A DNA stretch of 63,815 nt, the filler included, from Octopus bimaculoides (lineage: Eukaryota): NCBI RefSeq assembly GCF_001194135.2. It is 8 parts of 8 records of this genome, joined end to end, with 100 filler letters (N's around TTAATTAATTAA, not from the genome) between each part and the next. Parts side by side here need not be neighbours in the genome. Positions count along the whole stretch, not along the records: positions 39,022 to 43,539 come from NC_068986.1; positions 43,640 to 52,225 come from NC_068983.1; 6 more parts are not named here. One strand, given 5' to 3'. Positions within the stretch are counted from its first letter, which is position 1; each line of letters starts with the position of its first letter. The position numbers and the translations under genes are program-made. This document shows, piece after piece, positions 39,138-50,449 of this stretch. The notes under the pieces were generated by a model. That model searched no databases, had not been told where the DNA came from, and saw nothing but the letters and a program-made list of their open reading frames with translations.

Positions 39138-39338
39138 AGAAACGCTAGCATGCCGGGCGAAATGCTTAGCGATATTTCGTCTGTCTTTACGTTCTGCGTT
39201 CAAATTCCACCGAGGTCAACTTTGCCTTTCATCCTTTCGGGGTCGATGAATTAAGTACCAGTTGCGTACTGGAGTCGATGTAATAGACTGGCCCCCTCCC
39301 CCAAAATTTCTGGCCTTGTGCCTACAGTAGAAACGATT
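39138..39338 (+). mobile_element. SINE family B, tail variant 2, lacking its first ~15 nt
   Basis: Compared with the complete head GGCGGCGAGCT at 59946. Confidence 0.8.
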
Positions 39339-39339
39339 A

Positions 39340-39514
39340 TTTTTAAGCCTCGTACTTATTCCATCGTTTACCTTTTGCCGAAGCCCTAAGTTACGCGGAC
39401 ATAGACACACCAACACCGGTTATCAAGCGTGATGAGGGAGAAACACAAACAGAAGGATACACAACCACGCAGTGGGACTGACCCAGAACCATGTGGTTGG
39501 GAAGCAAGCTTCTT
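39340..39514 (-). mobile_element. SINE family A (3' part), interrupted; the 5' end of its head is at 41495-41530
   Basis: CCACGCAGTGGGACTGA..CCATGTGGTTGGGAAGCAAGCTTCTT resumes at 41495 as GGAAGTAAGCTTCTTAGCACACAGCCACGCCTGC. Confidence 0.8.
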
Positions 39515-41494
39515 TATTTCATTTTATTGGCCATGACGGCTTTACATAGAAGAAAAGGAAAAAAAAGAAAGAAGCAGCGGGCTGGACAAAGACATAATGG
39601 TATGTGTAATGAAAGTGATAATAATGAATAAATGGGGAGAAAAAAGCAACGCCTGCCGATTGCTTGATCCTCGAAAACATTGTTCTCATATATGAGGCAA
39701 CAAGCTTCTTACAAATGTTCATACTGTTCATGATATCTATCACTGAAGCATTTTCGCCTTTCATACATAACCCTCCTCATCACTTGTGTGTCCGATTCCC
39801 ATCAACACCCACGCCCTCTCTAGGCACACCTCGAGTGGCGTGTCGGCGTCGCCAGGCACCACGTTAAACTGTTCTCTGAAGTCATATAGCTCCTGTACTG
39901 GGTCCCACATTAAGGCCTCCACAGCTATCTGCGGAGGCCATTCGGGATCCCGTATGCAGGCCATGGTTGCTCCCTTAGGATATTTTTTTAACTCCATTTC
40001 TATCTCGGCCCCCCCCCTCCTCTGTAGAAGAAGACCAACGATTCTTCTTCCTCCGGTAAAGAGATAGACTTTTCCACCGTCGGCGGTACAATTCCCACCG
40101 GCGGTGGTTCAACATCCGTTGACACCTTTTCTTTCCTTTCTTTTTTTTTCCGGTGGGAGACTCCTCCGGTTTACCCGGGGGACTCAATCCCTCTTCCAGC
40201 TGTACATTTGTTTGAGGTTTCGGCGGGCTGCTATTAATNNNNNNNNNNNNNNNNNNNNNNNNNNNNNNNNNNNNNNNNNNNNNNNNNNNNNNNNNNNNNN
40301 NNNNNNNNNNNNNNNNNNNNNNNNNNNNNNNNNNNNNNNNNNNNNNNNNNNNNNNNNNNNNNNNNNNNNNNNNNNNNNNNNNNNNNNNNNNNNNNNNNNN
40401 NNNNNNNNNNNNNNNNNNNNNNNNNNNNNNNNNNNNNNNNNNNNNNNNNNNNNNNNNNNNNNNNNNNNNNNNNNNNNNNNNNNNNNNNNNNNNNNNNNNN
40501 NNNNNNNNNNNNNNNNNNNNNNNNNNNNNNNNNNNNNNNNNNNNNNNNNNNNNNNNNNNNNNNNNNNNNNNNNNNNNNNNNNNNNNNNNNNNNNNNNNNN
40601 NNNNNNNNNNNNNNNNNNNNNNNNNNNNNNNNNNNNNNNNNNNNNNNNNNNNNNNNNNNNNNNNNNNNNNNNNNNNNNNNNNNNNNNNNNNNNNNNNNNN
40701 NNNNNNNNNNNNNNNNNNNNNTCCAAACAGCAACCATATAGTTGCATATTTGGAACCACTGGCGATATCGTCAGCATGTACTCCGCAAACTCCTTTTCTA
40801 TTTCTAGCCTAGGAAAGGGGACAATGGAATCCAAGGACTTTGAATAAGTCCTTAGAACCACCGTCCTCCTTTCCAAATCTGTCACCCATTCTTTGGGTGG
40901 ATTGATTTCCCACACCAAAGCAGTGTTATATTTTCTATTGTTCATATTTTAACTGCAAATAAAAAAAAGAACACAGTTCAACAGTTCAAACAAACAATTT
41001 TCCTGCTACTAGGTACTCCAGGCTACATAAACACGGAATCCTACAACTGGAACGGCTTCCACAATTTTTCAAAAAAATTGGTAATAATGTTCAATTTCTT
41101 GGAGGCGAGATACGCCCCCAACACAACAATTTTCACAAAAACTATTCACTAAACGTGAACAAATTGCTTATGCATAATTTCACAAATAGTTCAACCACTT
41201 CTCGAGTCGATATACACCACCAGAAAGGAAGGTACAACACAAGCCTACTACGCAAGCCTCAATACACAAAAAACAGTGGCCACCAAGAGCAGGTAAAATT
41301 GTCCCAGAGCTGTGAGCAATTTATTAACAAAAAATATATTATAATAAATTACTCCCAACTCAGAAAAAAAAACAAAATCACCTACCTCGCCGACCGTTCT
41401 ATGTTTTTGTTGTTCTTTTTTCTTTTGGGATGGAGCGCAACTGGCTCACATCCACCTTGGTCTGCTGCACGAAGAAGACTAACTCTCCAATATC
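39515..41494 (-). mobile_element. ~2-kb non-LTR-type insertion (candidate ORF1-only, L1/Tx1-like) with 15-bp TSD
   Basis: TSD GGAAG(C/T)AAGCTTCTT at 39500-39514 and 41495-41509; 3' end CTATGTAAAGCCGTCATGGCCAATAAAATGAAATA; one long degraded ORF; no RT motif in the sequenced part. Confidence 0.7.
39761..40945 (-). pseudogene. ORF1/gag-like protein of the insertion (~390 codons including a ~500-nt N gap; at least two frameshifts at homopolymer runs)
   Basis: MNNRKYNTALVWEINPPKEWVTDLERRTVVLRTYSKSLDSIVPFPRLEIEKEFAEYMLTISPVVPNMQLYGCCL...gap...P/K/E-rich INSSPPKPQTNVQLEEGLSPPGKPEESPTGKKKKGKK...MELKKYPKGATMACIRDPEWPPQIAVEALMWDPVQELYDFREQFNVVPGDADTPLEVCLERAWVLMGIGHTSDEEGYV*; ORF1 identity is inferred from context. 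Confidence 0.5.
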
Positions 41495-41874
41495 GGAAGT
41501 AAGCTTCTTAGCACACAGCCACGCCTGCACCTTACAAATCCCTGGCTTTATTTTGTAATTAATGAATCGCTTGCAGTAGACTACGCCTGCACATTTGACG
41601 AAGTAGAGCTCCAATATTGAAACCAATCTGAACCATTGTTATACCAATTCTGCCACTGAGTCCCTGATTGCTTACGACAGGCATACCCCACTAAGATGTT
41701 TTAGTGAGTCTACATGAACTATAGACACAAAATACTGCATGGTGTTTGTCAGGGCAATCTCACCGACACCGAAGTTCACAATTCCGTAATATCGCCAAGT
41801 GCCCACATTTTCATATGCGCCGCCCAACTGCGTATTTCTGGCCACAATGACAGAATGGCACATGAGTTAGAAAA

Positions 41875-42107
41875 TATTGGGGTTGTCCGGAAAGTTCGTA
41901 CCGATTTTTAAAGGAAAGAAAAAAGTCAATAAATAGTTGCCATTACATTTTTAATCAACCAAATATGAACCATTTTGTTGCACAATGCGTCTCCACCTTT
42001 CCTTTAACTTGAAAATACCCTCTTCCCCGAATTGAGGTGGTTTCAAGGCAAATAAGTTGAAAGGTAAGCTACTATAAATCGGCACGAACTTTCCAGACAA
42101 CCCAATA
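41875..42107 (-). mobile_element. Internally deleted mariner (MITE-like) with TA TSD
   Basis: TIRs TATTGGGGTTGTCCGGAAAGTTCGTACCGATTT / AAATCGGCACGAACTTTCCAGACAACCCAATA; residual C-terminus GIFKLKERWRRIVQQNGSYLVD. Confidence 0.9.
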
Positions 42108-43013
42108 CCTTTCCAACTATGAGTTAGCTGGAGCAGGGGGGACGTTTGAGAAGTATAGTTACAAAGTCTAGTTAAAAGACACCAGCATAAATCCAGAGTC
42201 ATGTAATAGCTTTGCAGTCGAGAGAAATAGCTGCCGAAATTTCTTATGGAAATATCCCAGNNNNNNNNNNNNNNNNNNNNNNNNNNNNNNNNNNNNNNNN
42301 NNNNNNNNNNNNNNNNNNNNNNNNNNNNNNNNNNNNNNNNNNNNNNNNNNNNNNNNNNNNNNNNNNNNNNNNNNNNNNNNNNNNNNNNNNNNNNNNNNNN
42401 NNNNNNNNNNNNNNNNNNNNNNNNNNNNNNNNNNNNNNNNNNNNNNNNNNNNNNNNNNNNNNNNNNNNNNNNNNNNNNNNNNNNNNNNNNNNNNNNNNNN
42501 NNNNNNNNNNNNNNNNNNNNNNNNNNNNNNNNNNNNNNNNNNNNNNNNNNNNNNNNNNNNNNNNNNNNNNNNNNNNNNNNNNNNNNNNNNNNNNNNNNNN
42601 NNNNNNNNNNNNNNNNNNNNNNNNNNNNNNNNNNNNNNNNNNNNNNNNNNNNNNNNNNNNNNNNNNNNNNNNNNNNNNNNNNNNNNNNNNNNNNNNNNNN
42701 NNNNNNNNNNNNNNNNNNNNNNNNNNNNNNNNNNNNNNNNNNNNNNATATATGCACACACATACACCAATGACAATAACAGTAGCAGAAACAGTATCACG
42801 ATCATCACGTCGGACAACGTAATGACTATTAACAGCAACAACAATAACAACCACAACAACAACAACAACAATAACAATAATAACAATAATTATAATAATA
42901 ACAATAATAAGTATATTTGCCACAAGGTCAACAGACAGGAGATTAGAAGAGCAGAATTAGAGAATAATAATTTCTTTTGCTATTGAGATTCCTTTGTCTC
43001 TGCTTTAAAAGCC

Positions 43014-43050
<37 letters not shown>

Positions 43051-43435
43051 GCACGCACAATCACGCACACAGAAATGTATATATTGTTGCTACTAGAGAT
43101 TGAATTGTTTGTGCGAATATATGGTATTTATCATATGTATTTTTGTATAGTTTCGGTTCATATTCTAGCTGTCTTTTGTAGCCATTTACTTACTTTTTCC
43201 AGAGACTTTCGATATAGGTCACTACTGACAGCTGATCAATTTATAAATTCCACTAATGTCGACATCTCATCCTAATACAAATTAGATTTAAAACTCAGTG
43301 TTTAAGCGAATATGACAACAAATGATTTACTGCTGCTGCTACTGCTGGCGGTGGTGGTGGTTGTTGTTGTGTGCAATTATATACATATATGCGTACGTGT
43401 GTGCGTGCGTCTATGTATGTGTGTATAAGTGTATG

Positions 43436-43466
<31 letters not shown>

Positions 43467-43755
43467 CATATACACACACGCATATATATATAAATATATA
43501 TAAATTAAATTTTCCTCATATATATATATATATATATATNNNNNNNNNNNNNNNNNNNNNNNNNNNNNNNNNNNNNNNNNNNNTTAATTAATTAANNNNN
43601 NNNNNNNNNNNNNNNNNNNNNNNNNNNNNNNNNNNNNNNACACTAGCACACTAGCACACTAGCACACTAGCACACACACGCACACTAGCACACACAAATA
43701 CATATATACATATATATATAGTGAGAATTTACAAATAAAAAAAACAAATCACGAA

Positions 43756-43804
<49 letters not shown>

Positions 43805-43805
<1 letters not shown>

Positions 43806-44025
43806 GGTGTCTGTGGACTGTTTGTACCCTACCAACACTTGACAACGGGTGGTTGTGTGTTTAGATCCCCCTGACCTACAGGTTCGGGATAAGAAACCGA
43901 TAGATTAAGTAGAAGGCTTCAAAATATAAGTCCTAGGGTCTATTTGTTCGAGTAAAACCCTTGAAGATGGTGCCCCAGAATGGTCGCAATCAAATGACTG
44001 AGACAAGTTGAAGATAAAAGATAAC
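43805..44025 (+). mobile_element. SINE family A, 3' half, diverged
   Basis: ACACTTGACAAC..AATAAGTCCTAGGG..GGTGCCCCAGAATGGTCGCAATCAAATGACTGAGAC. Confidence 0.7.
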
Positions 44026-44639
44026 AGATGTATATATAAAGTGTGCAGTAAGCCTCTGTTTGTATGACATTAAATCTATTATAACGTATCCATCAAAATT
44101 TTGCACAGCCCTGGCCGCGCCTCAGGATTATACAATGTTTATTATTTCAACATCATGTGCGAAAGTATAAAGTTTATGGGACCTGTTAATTTAATTCTAC
44201 ATAAAATTGGCCATTAGGAAAACAGTATTCCTCAAGATTCAGTCCACATTTGTCCTTAGGATTTATTGATTCATATGCCAAAGCATTGATATTCTGGGAA
44301 TTGACGATATATATCTGGAAAAGGAACATCTGTTGCTATTCGTAGAATTCTCAGTATAAATGTACGCCTTGTTAGCTGCATTCAGTCACAATAATACTAT
44401 GGATGACGTGTAAGATAGGCTTTTTCCTCATTGAACAAATACCAGCAAACAAATACTACAATGATTGTCTTTCAGGAAAACAATGAAAATCGATTTTTTA
44501 AAATTTATCTAAGAGAATGAAAACTTGTACTTTCTATTGAAAGGCGAGTTTGTAGAAAGAAGTATGTCAAGCTAACTTTCAACCGGCACACTGTGCACGC
44601 TTTGACTTCGTTATTTGTTATTTCTTATCTGGTATAACA

Positions 44640-44990
44640 GTAACTCGACTGGGTGCATCTAAGAGGTTTCCCTTCGGGATACAAGTCTGGGCGGAAAGTC
44701 GCCTCACCGGCGAACTGACAATCTAAAGTTATTTTTGTGAAAGTTCAGCAGTTGCCCATGGATACCAGACTCCCCTCTCCACGACCCCAAAGTTATCCAA
44801 GGGAAAAGCAAGGACCGATACGGCTTGACACCAGTAAAGTCGCAGCTCATTTCTACAGCTGAGTGAACTGGAGCAACGTGAAATAAAGTGTCTTGTTCAA
44901 GAACACAATACGCAGCCCGGTCCAGGAATCGAACTCACAACGTCAAGATCGTAAGCTCGACACTCTAACCAATGTGCCATGCGTCTTCAT
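44640..44990 (-). mobile_element. SINE family C with long 3' tail
   Basis: Reverse complement of the 29094 head and CORE-like block at 44845-44985. Confidence 0.75.
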
Positions 44991-45160
44991 AGTATGACAT
45001 TACTCTACGTAGTTTAAAAGTTTGGGAAAGGGGACCATATTAATATTGATGAAAATTTGTGTAAACGTTGTGCTTCTTAGATTTTGTGCTTACTGTGATG
45101 TAGTTGATTGCGTAAAGTAAATCAGTGGAATATTTTCCAAATTGTCTACTGACTGTTAAA

Positions 45161-45646
45161 CTTAGGGTTAGCGTTAGAGTTAGGGTTAGGGTTAAGGTTA
45201 GGGTTAGGGATAGGGCTAGGGTTAGGGTTAGTCTTATGGTTAGTGTTTGGGTTAGGGTTAGGGTTAAGGTTAGGGTTAGGGTTAGGGTTAGGGTTAGGGT
45301 TAGGGTTAGTGTTAGGGTCAGGGTTAGGGTTAGGGTTAGGGTTAGGGTTAGGGTTTGGGTTAGGGTTAGGTTTAGTGTTAGGTTTAGGTTTAGGGTTAGG
45401 GTTACTGTTATGTTTAGGGTGAGGGTTAGAGTTAGAGTTAGTGTTGGGGTTATTGTTAGAGTTAGGGTTAGGGTTAGGTTTAGGTTTAGGGTTAGGGTTA
45501 GGGTTAGGGTTAGTGTTAGCTTTAGTGTGAGGGCGAGGGTGAGTATTAGATTTAGGGTTAGGGTTAGGGTTAGTCTTAGTGTTAGGGTTAGGGTTAGGGT
45601 TAGTCTTAATGTTAGGGTTAGGGTTAGGATGAGGGTTAGGGTTAGT
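45161..45646 (+). repeat. Degenerate interstitial telomere-type array (TTAGGG)n, ~80 units
   Basis: TTAGGG with variants TTAGTG, TTAGAG, TTAAGG, TGAGGG, TTTAGG. Confidence 0.9.
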
Positions 45647-45832
45647 GTAATTTTAAATGTAGAGAAGAGGAAAAGTGAAACAAAGCTTCTTCGCTGTGTA
45701 TTAATTGTCCTTGCTTGACATTTCAGCATACGGTTTCTCTCATAGTAGATGTTTTATTATGTCAGGGAAAATATCTCAACGTTATAAGATGATATATTTG
45801 TAGAATATTTTACAAATTTATTGAATAGAAGT

Positions 45833-45952
45833 AATCGAACTCAATAACTCTGTAGAAATCGAACTCAATAACTCTGTAGAAATCGAACTCAATAACTCTG
45901 TAGAAATCGAACTCAATAACTCTGTAGAAATCGAACTCAATAACTCTGTAGA
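45833..45952. repeat. Five perfect tandem copies of a 24-bp unit
   Basis: AATCGAACTCAATAACTCTGTAGA at 45833, 45857, 45881, 45905, 45929; no spacers. Confidence 0.95.
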
Positions 45953-46614
45953 AAACTATCTATCTGCTGCTAGTTTTTTGCTGCCCAACCAATGATTTGT
46001 AACCACCGTTCTTGAATATATGACAAGTATCCGTGTTCATATAACTTGTTCTTCACAAATGGTGCAGATATTTGTTGTACAGTTATTATATCATACGTAA
46101 GAGTTTTCTTATTGAAAGTATCCTAGTAACGATTAGCGGTATGCGTTTTAACAATATTTAAGAGCTCTGGTCTCGTGGATGGGTCTGGGCGCTCTGGAAA
46201 ATGGATGGAAATAATTTGATAGAAATAAATATTATTTGTAAAACAGATCGAAACGTATGTGTGTGTCAAATCCTCTTTTTTCTTGTCTCTGGTAATGGAA
46301 ATTCGTTTGACCAAGAAATACATTTGGTCATAAGTGAGTTTTAACCTATTCTTTATTTGGTTAAATGACAGTCTGTTGTTATATCATAATCAGCCGCAAT
46401 TCTACAATAACTACGTCTACTGCTGAACATTTCATATATGCTGAGAATTATTGTGGAAGAGAGAAAGGTAAAATGAAGTAGAAAGTAAAAGAATCGTTGA
46501 TAGTATTAGAGCAATGATTTAAAAGAATGAAGGTTTCTGAAAGTTCGCGCTCGCGAGTGATTGAGAGGGGGTAGGAGAGAGAGAGAGAGCGAGAGAGAGT
46601 GAGTGAGAATGTGG

Positions 46615-46655
<41 letters not shown>

Positions 46656-47287
46656 AGGGGAAAAAGTGGTCATAAATAAAGAGAATGGTTGAGAAATGTA
46701 AAGATTTTAACGGAAGCAGGCAGTGGGGCTGGATAATAATATTTATACCCTCCATCAGTGTAGAGTGAACAGATATCAACAAAAGTTACATAACAAAAGA
46801 AAAGGGGAAAGATAAGATGGATATGCGCACAGACGAACTTTCTTCAATAAATAATAGATTTATATATTCTAACCAATGCTGTGTATATAGGAAAGTGTAA
46901 TTGCTTTCTTGAAAAAAATGGCAGTATTAGCTCGACAACATTTAATCTTGTTTTAGTATTTCATGAGCAACCGATTAACTTCTGTTACTGTCAACAGAAT
47001 ACTGAGAACTATTACAAATTATGGCTGCGTTAAATGGGCGATTTTTCTATGCTCTCCTCTATTATATACTAATTTTTGTTAAGAATTTTAGAATCAGTGC
47101 ATGTATTCATGTTTTGTTATGTATAATATGTTTGAGTTCAGTAAATGCTAATTACACATAATGGTTTCACCTCTGTATTGAAATTCCATCAGCGATCGAG
47201 TAAATTCTTAATTGCACACGGACCTCGAAGTTTCGACCAGCTAAGCCATCATCGAACAGTCCAGTGTTGACTTATATAAGTGTGTGT

Positions 47288-47355
<68 letters not shown>

Positions 47356-47394
47356 ACATACACATGTATGAAGGTATGTGTCTATCTATCTATC

Positions 47395-47426
<32 letters not shown>

Positions 47427-47438
47427 TGTATGTATGTA

Positions 47439-47811
47439 TCTATCACCGCGATCGTGAAGGGGCTCAGTCCGCTGCCTCCCGCCGAGTCTCCCTCGACGCC
47501 GACGAACGCGCCGGTGGCAGCCTTTCCTTCCGAGGGCGGTCGCCTGCCGTCTCGTCGGCGATCGATTTCCGGGGCGCTGGAATCGGACGCACTTCCCCTC
47601 CGATCTGTCGTCGCGACCCGCTCCCATCGGGCTGGCAGGCGCGTGGCGTCCGTAGGTCACAGATAAACGCCTGGCCGCCGTCGGCTTCGCGGCCGGCCGG
47701 CCGGCTTTCGATCCTGGGAGCTTCTCTCGACCGGTCCGTCGATCCACAAAAGCGCAGGTACGGCTATCCGACGGAGACGGGCTAACGCACCTCGCCCTCA
47801 GCAAGTACTGG
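47439..47811. other. Isolated very GC/CpG-rich island of unknown origin
   Basis: Abrupt change from (TATG)n to roughly two-thirds GC (estimated by eye) and back to AT-rich DNA. Confidence 0.8.
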
Positions 47812-49534
47812 TATATATGTAAAGAAATGTTTTTTAAACAATTACGAGTTTTTGAAATTTAGGTACATTTTCAACAACACATTTCCCTATATGTATATGT
47901 ATATCTTTATCAGTCCGATGCCTATTTTATCAATTTCTCGTGCTGAGCCGTCAAGGTGTGGGTATGTATACAAACTGCACCTGTTGTCGAACGCCGAGAG
48001 GAAAAAATACCAGCACAAAGGCAAATGCACTCAGACAGGCACACACGCACACACACAAACACGCACCAACATACACACTCACTCACTCGCACATACATAT
48101 CCATACGCATGTACACGCACACACACATATATAGGTTTTGTAAACGAATTTCACTCTCGAGGCATTAATGACCCGAAGCTTTGGTAGAAAGCATTTGTTG
48201 ACTGTGCCACGTAGTGGGATCGAGTTCAAATCCACGTGGTTGTAATGTGTGCTTCTTAATCACGGAGATACGTGTGTGCATATATGTATATTGATAATAT
48301 TCCATGTGTCTTTGCAAAAATATATCTATATCCGTGTATCTTTGTCTGTTTGTTAGTGTGTGTGTATGAGTGATATTTCAGGAAAAATTGAAACTGCTGA
48401 AACGGAATTTAAATTTTTAAACAGAATATATCAGGCTCAGAAAAGTATTTATCTATATTTTATTGTGGCTTGTGTCTTTTAAAACATTTGGAATCTCAAT
48501 ACAATCAGGTTTTACTTACTTTATATTTCGGACGATGAAATTAAAGAATGCAATGCGACGAAAGACATACATACACGTAATTGGGCATATACATTTCATG
48601 CAAAACTTGGTTTATGTCTCTACTATAGTAATCAATTAGTTTTTACATTTGGGTACGATCTACAAAAAGACCTATGAACGGTTAACCTTATTATCTTGAT
48701 ATAGTAACTTTCATGTATTTTTCAGAAACTTCATTTCTTGAATTAAAGCGAAAACCGCAAGTTGATTTTTACGTTGTCAAATATTTCCCCGACAATTTAC
48801 AGTATGTTCTAATGTATGGGTGCATAAATAACTGTCGATGTATTTTTTTTTTTTTACCTCTCACGTATCCAATGTAATAATTAGAACCATAATGTGAATA
48901 GTTTTCGTGTTCGAAAGTTATATATTTCAATTATATTTCCATATAACAATCGTCATTTCAAATGTATTCAAATGTTTAGCACATAATGACCTTTATAAAA
49001 GGATGACTATCTTTTATGTGACATTTTAAAAAAGAATTCGGAAATAATTTGTTTCGTTTATTATTATATACACAAGTTGATGATTATGGCTAATGCATTT
49101 ATCTTAAAGTTAAATTAGCCTTCATAATATATTACCATTCTAAGAAAATTAAATTCGTGAAGAGTGTACAATGATTGTTTTAAAGATTTTGTGGTTGTGG
49201 TGTTTATGCTGTGTGGTATTGATAACGAATGAAATGTTATAATAAAATGAAATTTAAAATTATTTGTAGACAGCAAAGTCTACAATTACGCAATTAAAAG
49301 AAAAATCAATTGAAACAGATAATTTGAAGAAGAATAAATAAAAAATAACATAAAGCAAATAAAGTAATTAGGCAAAATCGAATAAAAAATGCGTGACATT
49401 TAGTACAATAGTTAAACAACAATGAAATACAGTCACCAATTCTATGATATCATTTTCATATTAACATTGCAAAAATGAAATATACACAGACATGCAGAAA
49501 GTAAATAGACACCTTTAATTTTCAAAATCTTTTA

Positions 49535-49870
49535 TTTGATATTAATTGGTTGAACGAGAGGATTTCTTCTAGCTACTCGTCCATAATACCGAAGCTTATG
49601 CAGATATGTAATACACGTTCTTTGGCTGACTTCTAGCTGTTTTGAAATGTCTGAAGCCTTCGAACGGGGGTTCGTTTTCTACAATTCTCTTCAAACAGCA
49701 AAGCTTCCTTTCCGAGGGCCCAGGTCGGCNNNNNNNNNNTCTATTAACAGTAGCAAGAGGAATTTGAAGTCCAGCCGCAGATTGCCCAACAATACGACCT
49801 TTTTGAAAATCTGAAAGTTCTGCTGATATTTTTTGTGCGTGGCATGGTTACTCTTCGCAAATGTTTAATA
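49535..49870 (-). pseudogene. Decayed Tc1-family transposase, N-terminal part
   Basis: ELSDFQKGRIVGQSAAG... and KTNPRSKASDISKQLEVSQRTCITYLHKLRYYGRVARRNPLVQPINIK (Tc1 GRxARKKP motif). Confidence 0.8.
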
Positions 49871-50323
49871 TAATGGCAGCTGAAATGAAAAAGAATAATT
49901 ACATTGTAAATTCTACACCGCTGAAAACATATTTAGACGCTTAGATCAGAAATTTTGAAAAGTAAAGATGCCTATTTACTTCCTGCATGTCTGTGTATAT
50001 ACGATATCTTATTGCCATGAATCAGATTCTGTATTAACAGCAAACGGAAGTGATTGGTGGGCTTTTATTCCCGGTGTCTACGATTTCCCATTGATATCGT
50101 AAAAAAACATAACTGTCTTAATACTCCATTTGTTTTAAACTCCTCTTATTTCTTTATTCTCATTATATAATGCTTTGAGAGCAATTTATCTCACGTTAAT
50201 CAAAACAGAATGGATGATAAAAAGTATTATATTTACATTATAGTCCACAGGAACATGAAATTGATAGTCAGTGTTTGTATAGAGTATTTGTATAGAGAAT
50301 TTTGTTGAAATCATTTTGGTCAG

Positions 50324-50449
50324 GCCTCTTCTCCAAAGAGACGTACTATTCAAACATCTGCCTGGCAAACAGTGACCATAACTGTTCATCGTCAAAGAAT
50401 TGCTGGCGATATTGCAGCCTGAGTGCATGTCTGCGCATCATGGGTCACG
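50324..50449 (+). CDS. Candidate 126-nt phase-1/phase-1 coding exon, Cys-rich, host gene unknown
   Basis: TCATTTTGGTCAG|...CACG|GTATGT splice signals; open frame xLFSKETYYSNICLANSDHNCSSSKNCWRYCSLSACLRIMGH. Confidence 0.3.

Noticed and set aside
45040-45729. 229-aa LTLT and 197-aa VRVR ORFs
   Set aside because: They are translations of the TTAGGG array.
45833-45952. 24-bp direct repeats as a CRISPR array
   Set aside because: No spacers, no cas genes, eukaryotic context.
47378-47804. 128-136-aa ORFs in the GC island
   Set aside because: High GC suppresses stops in all frames; the peptides are R/A/G/S-rich with no recognisable domain.
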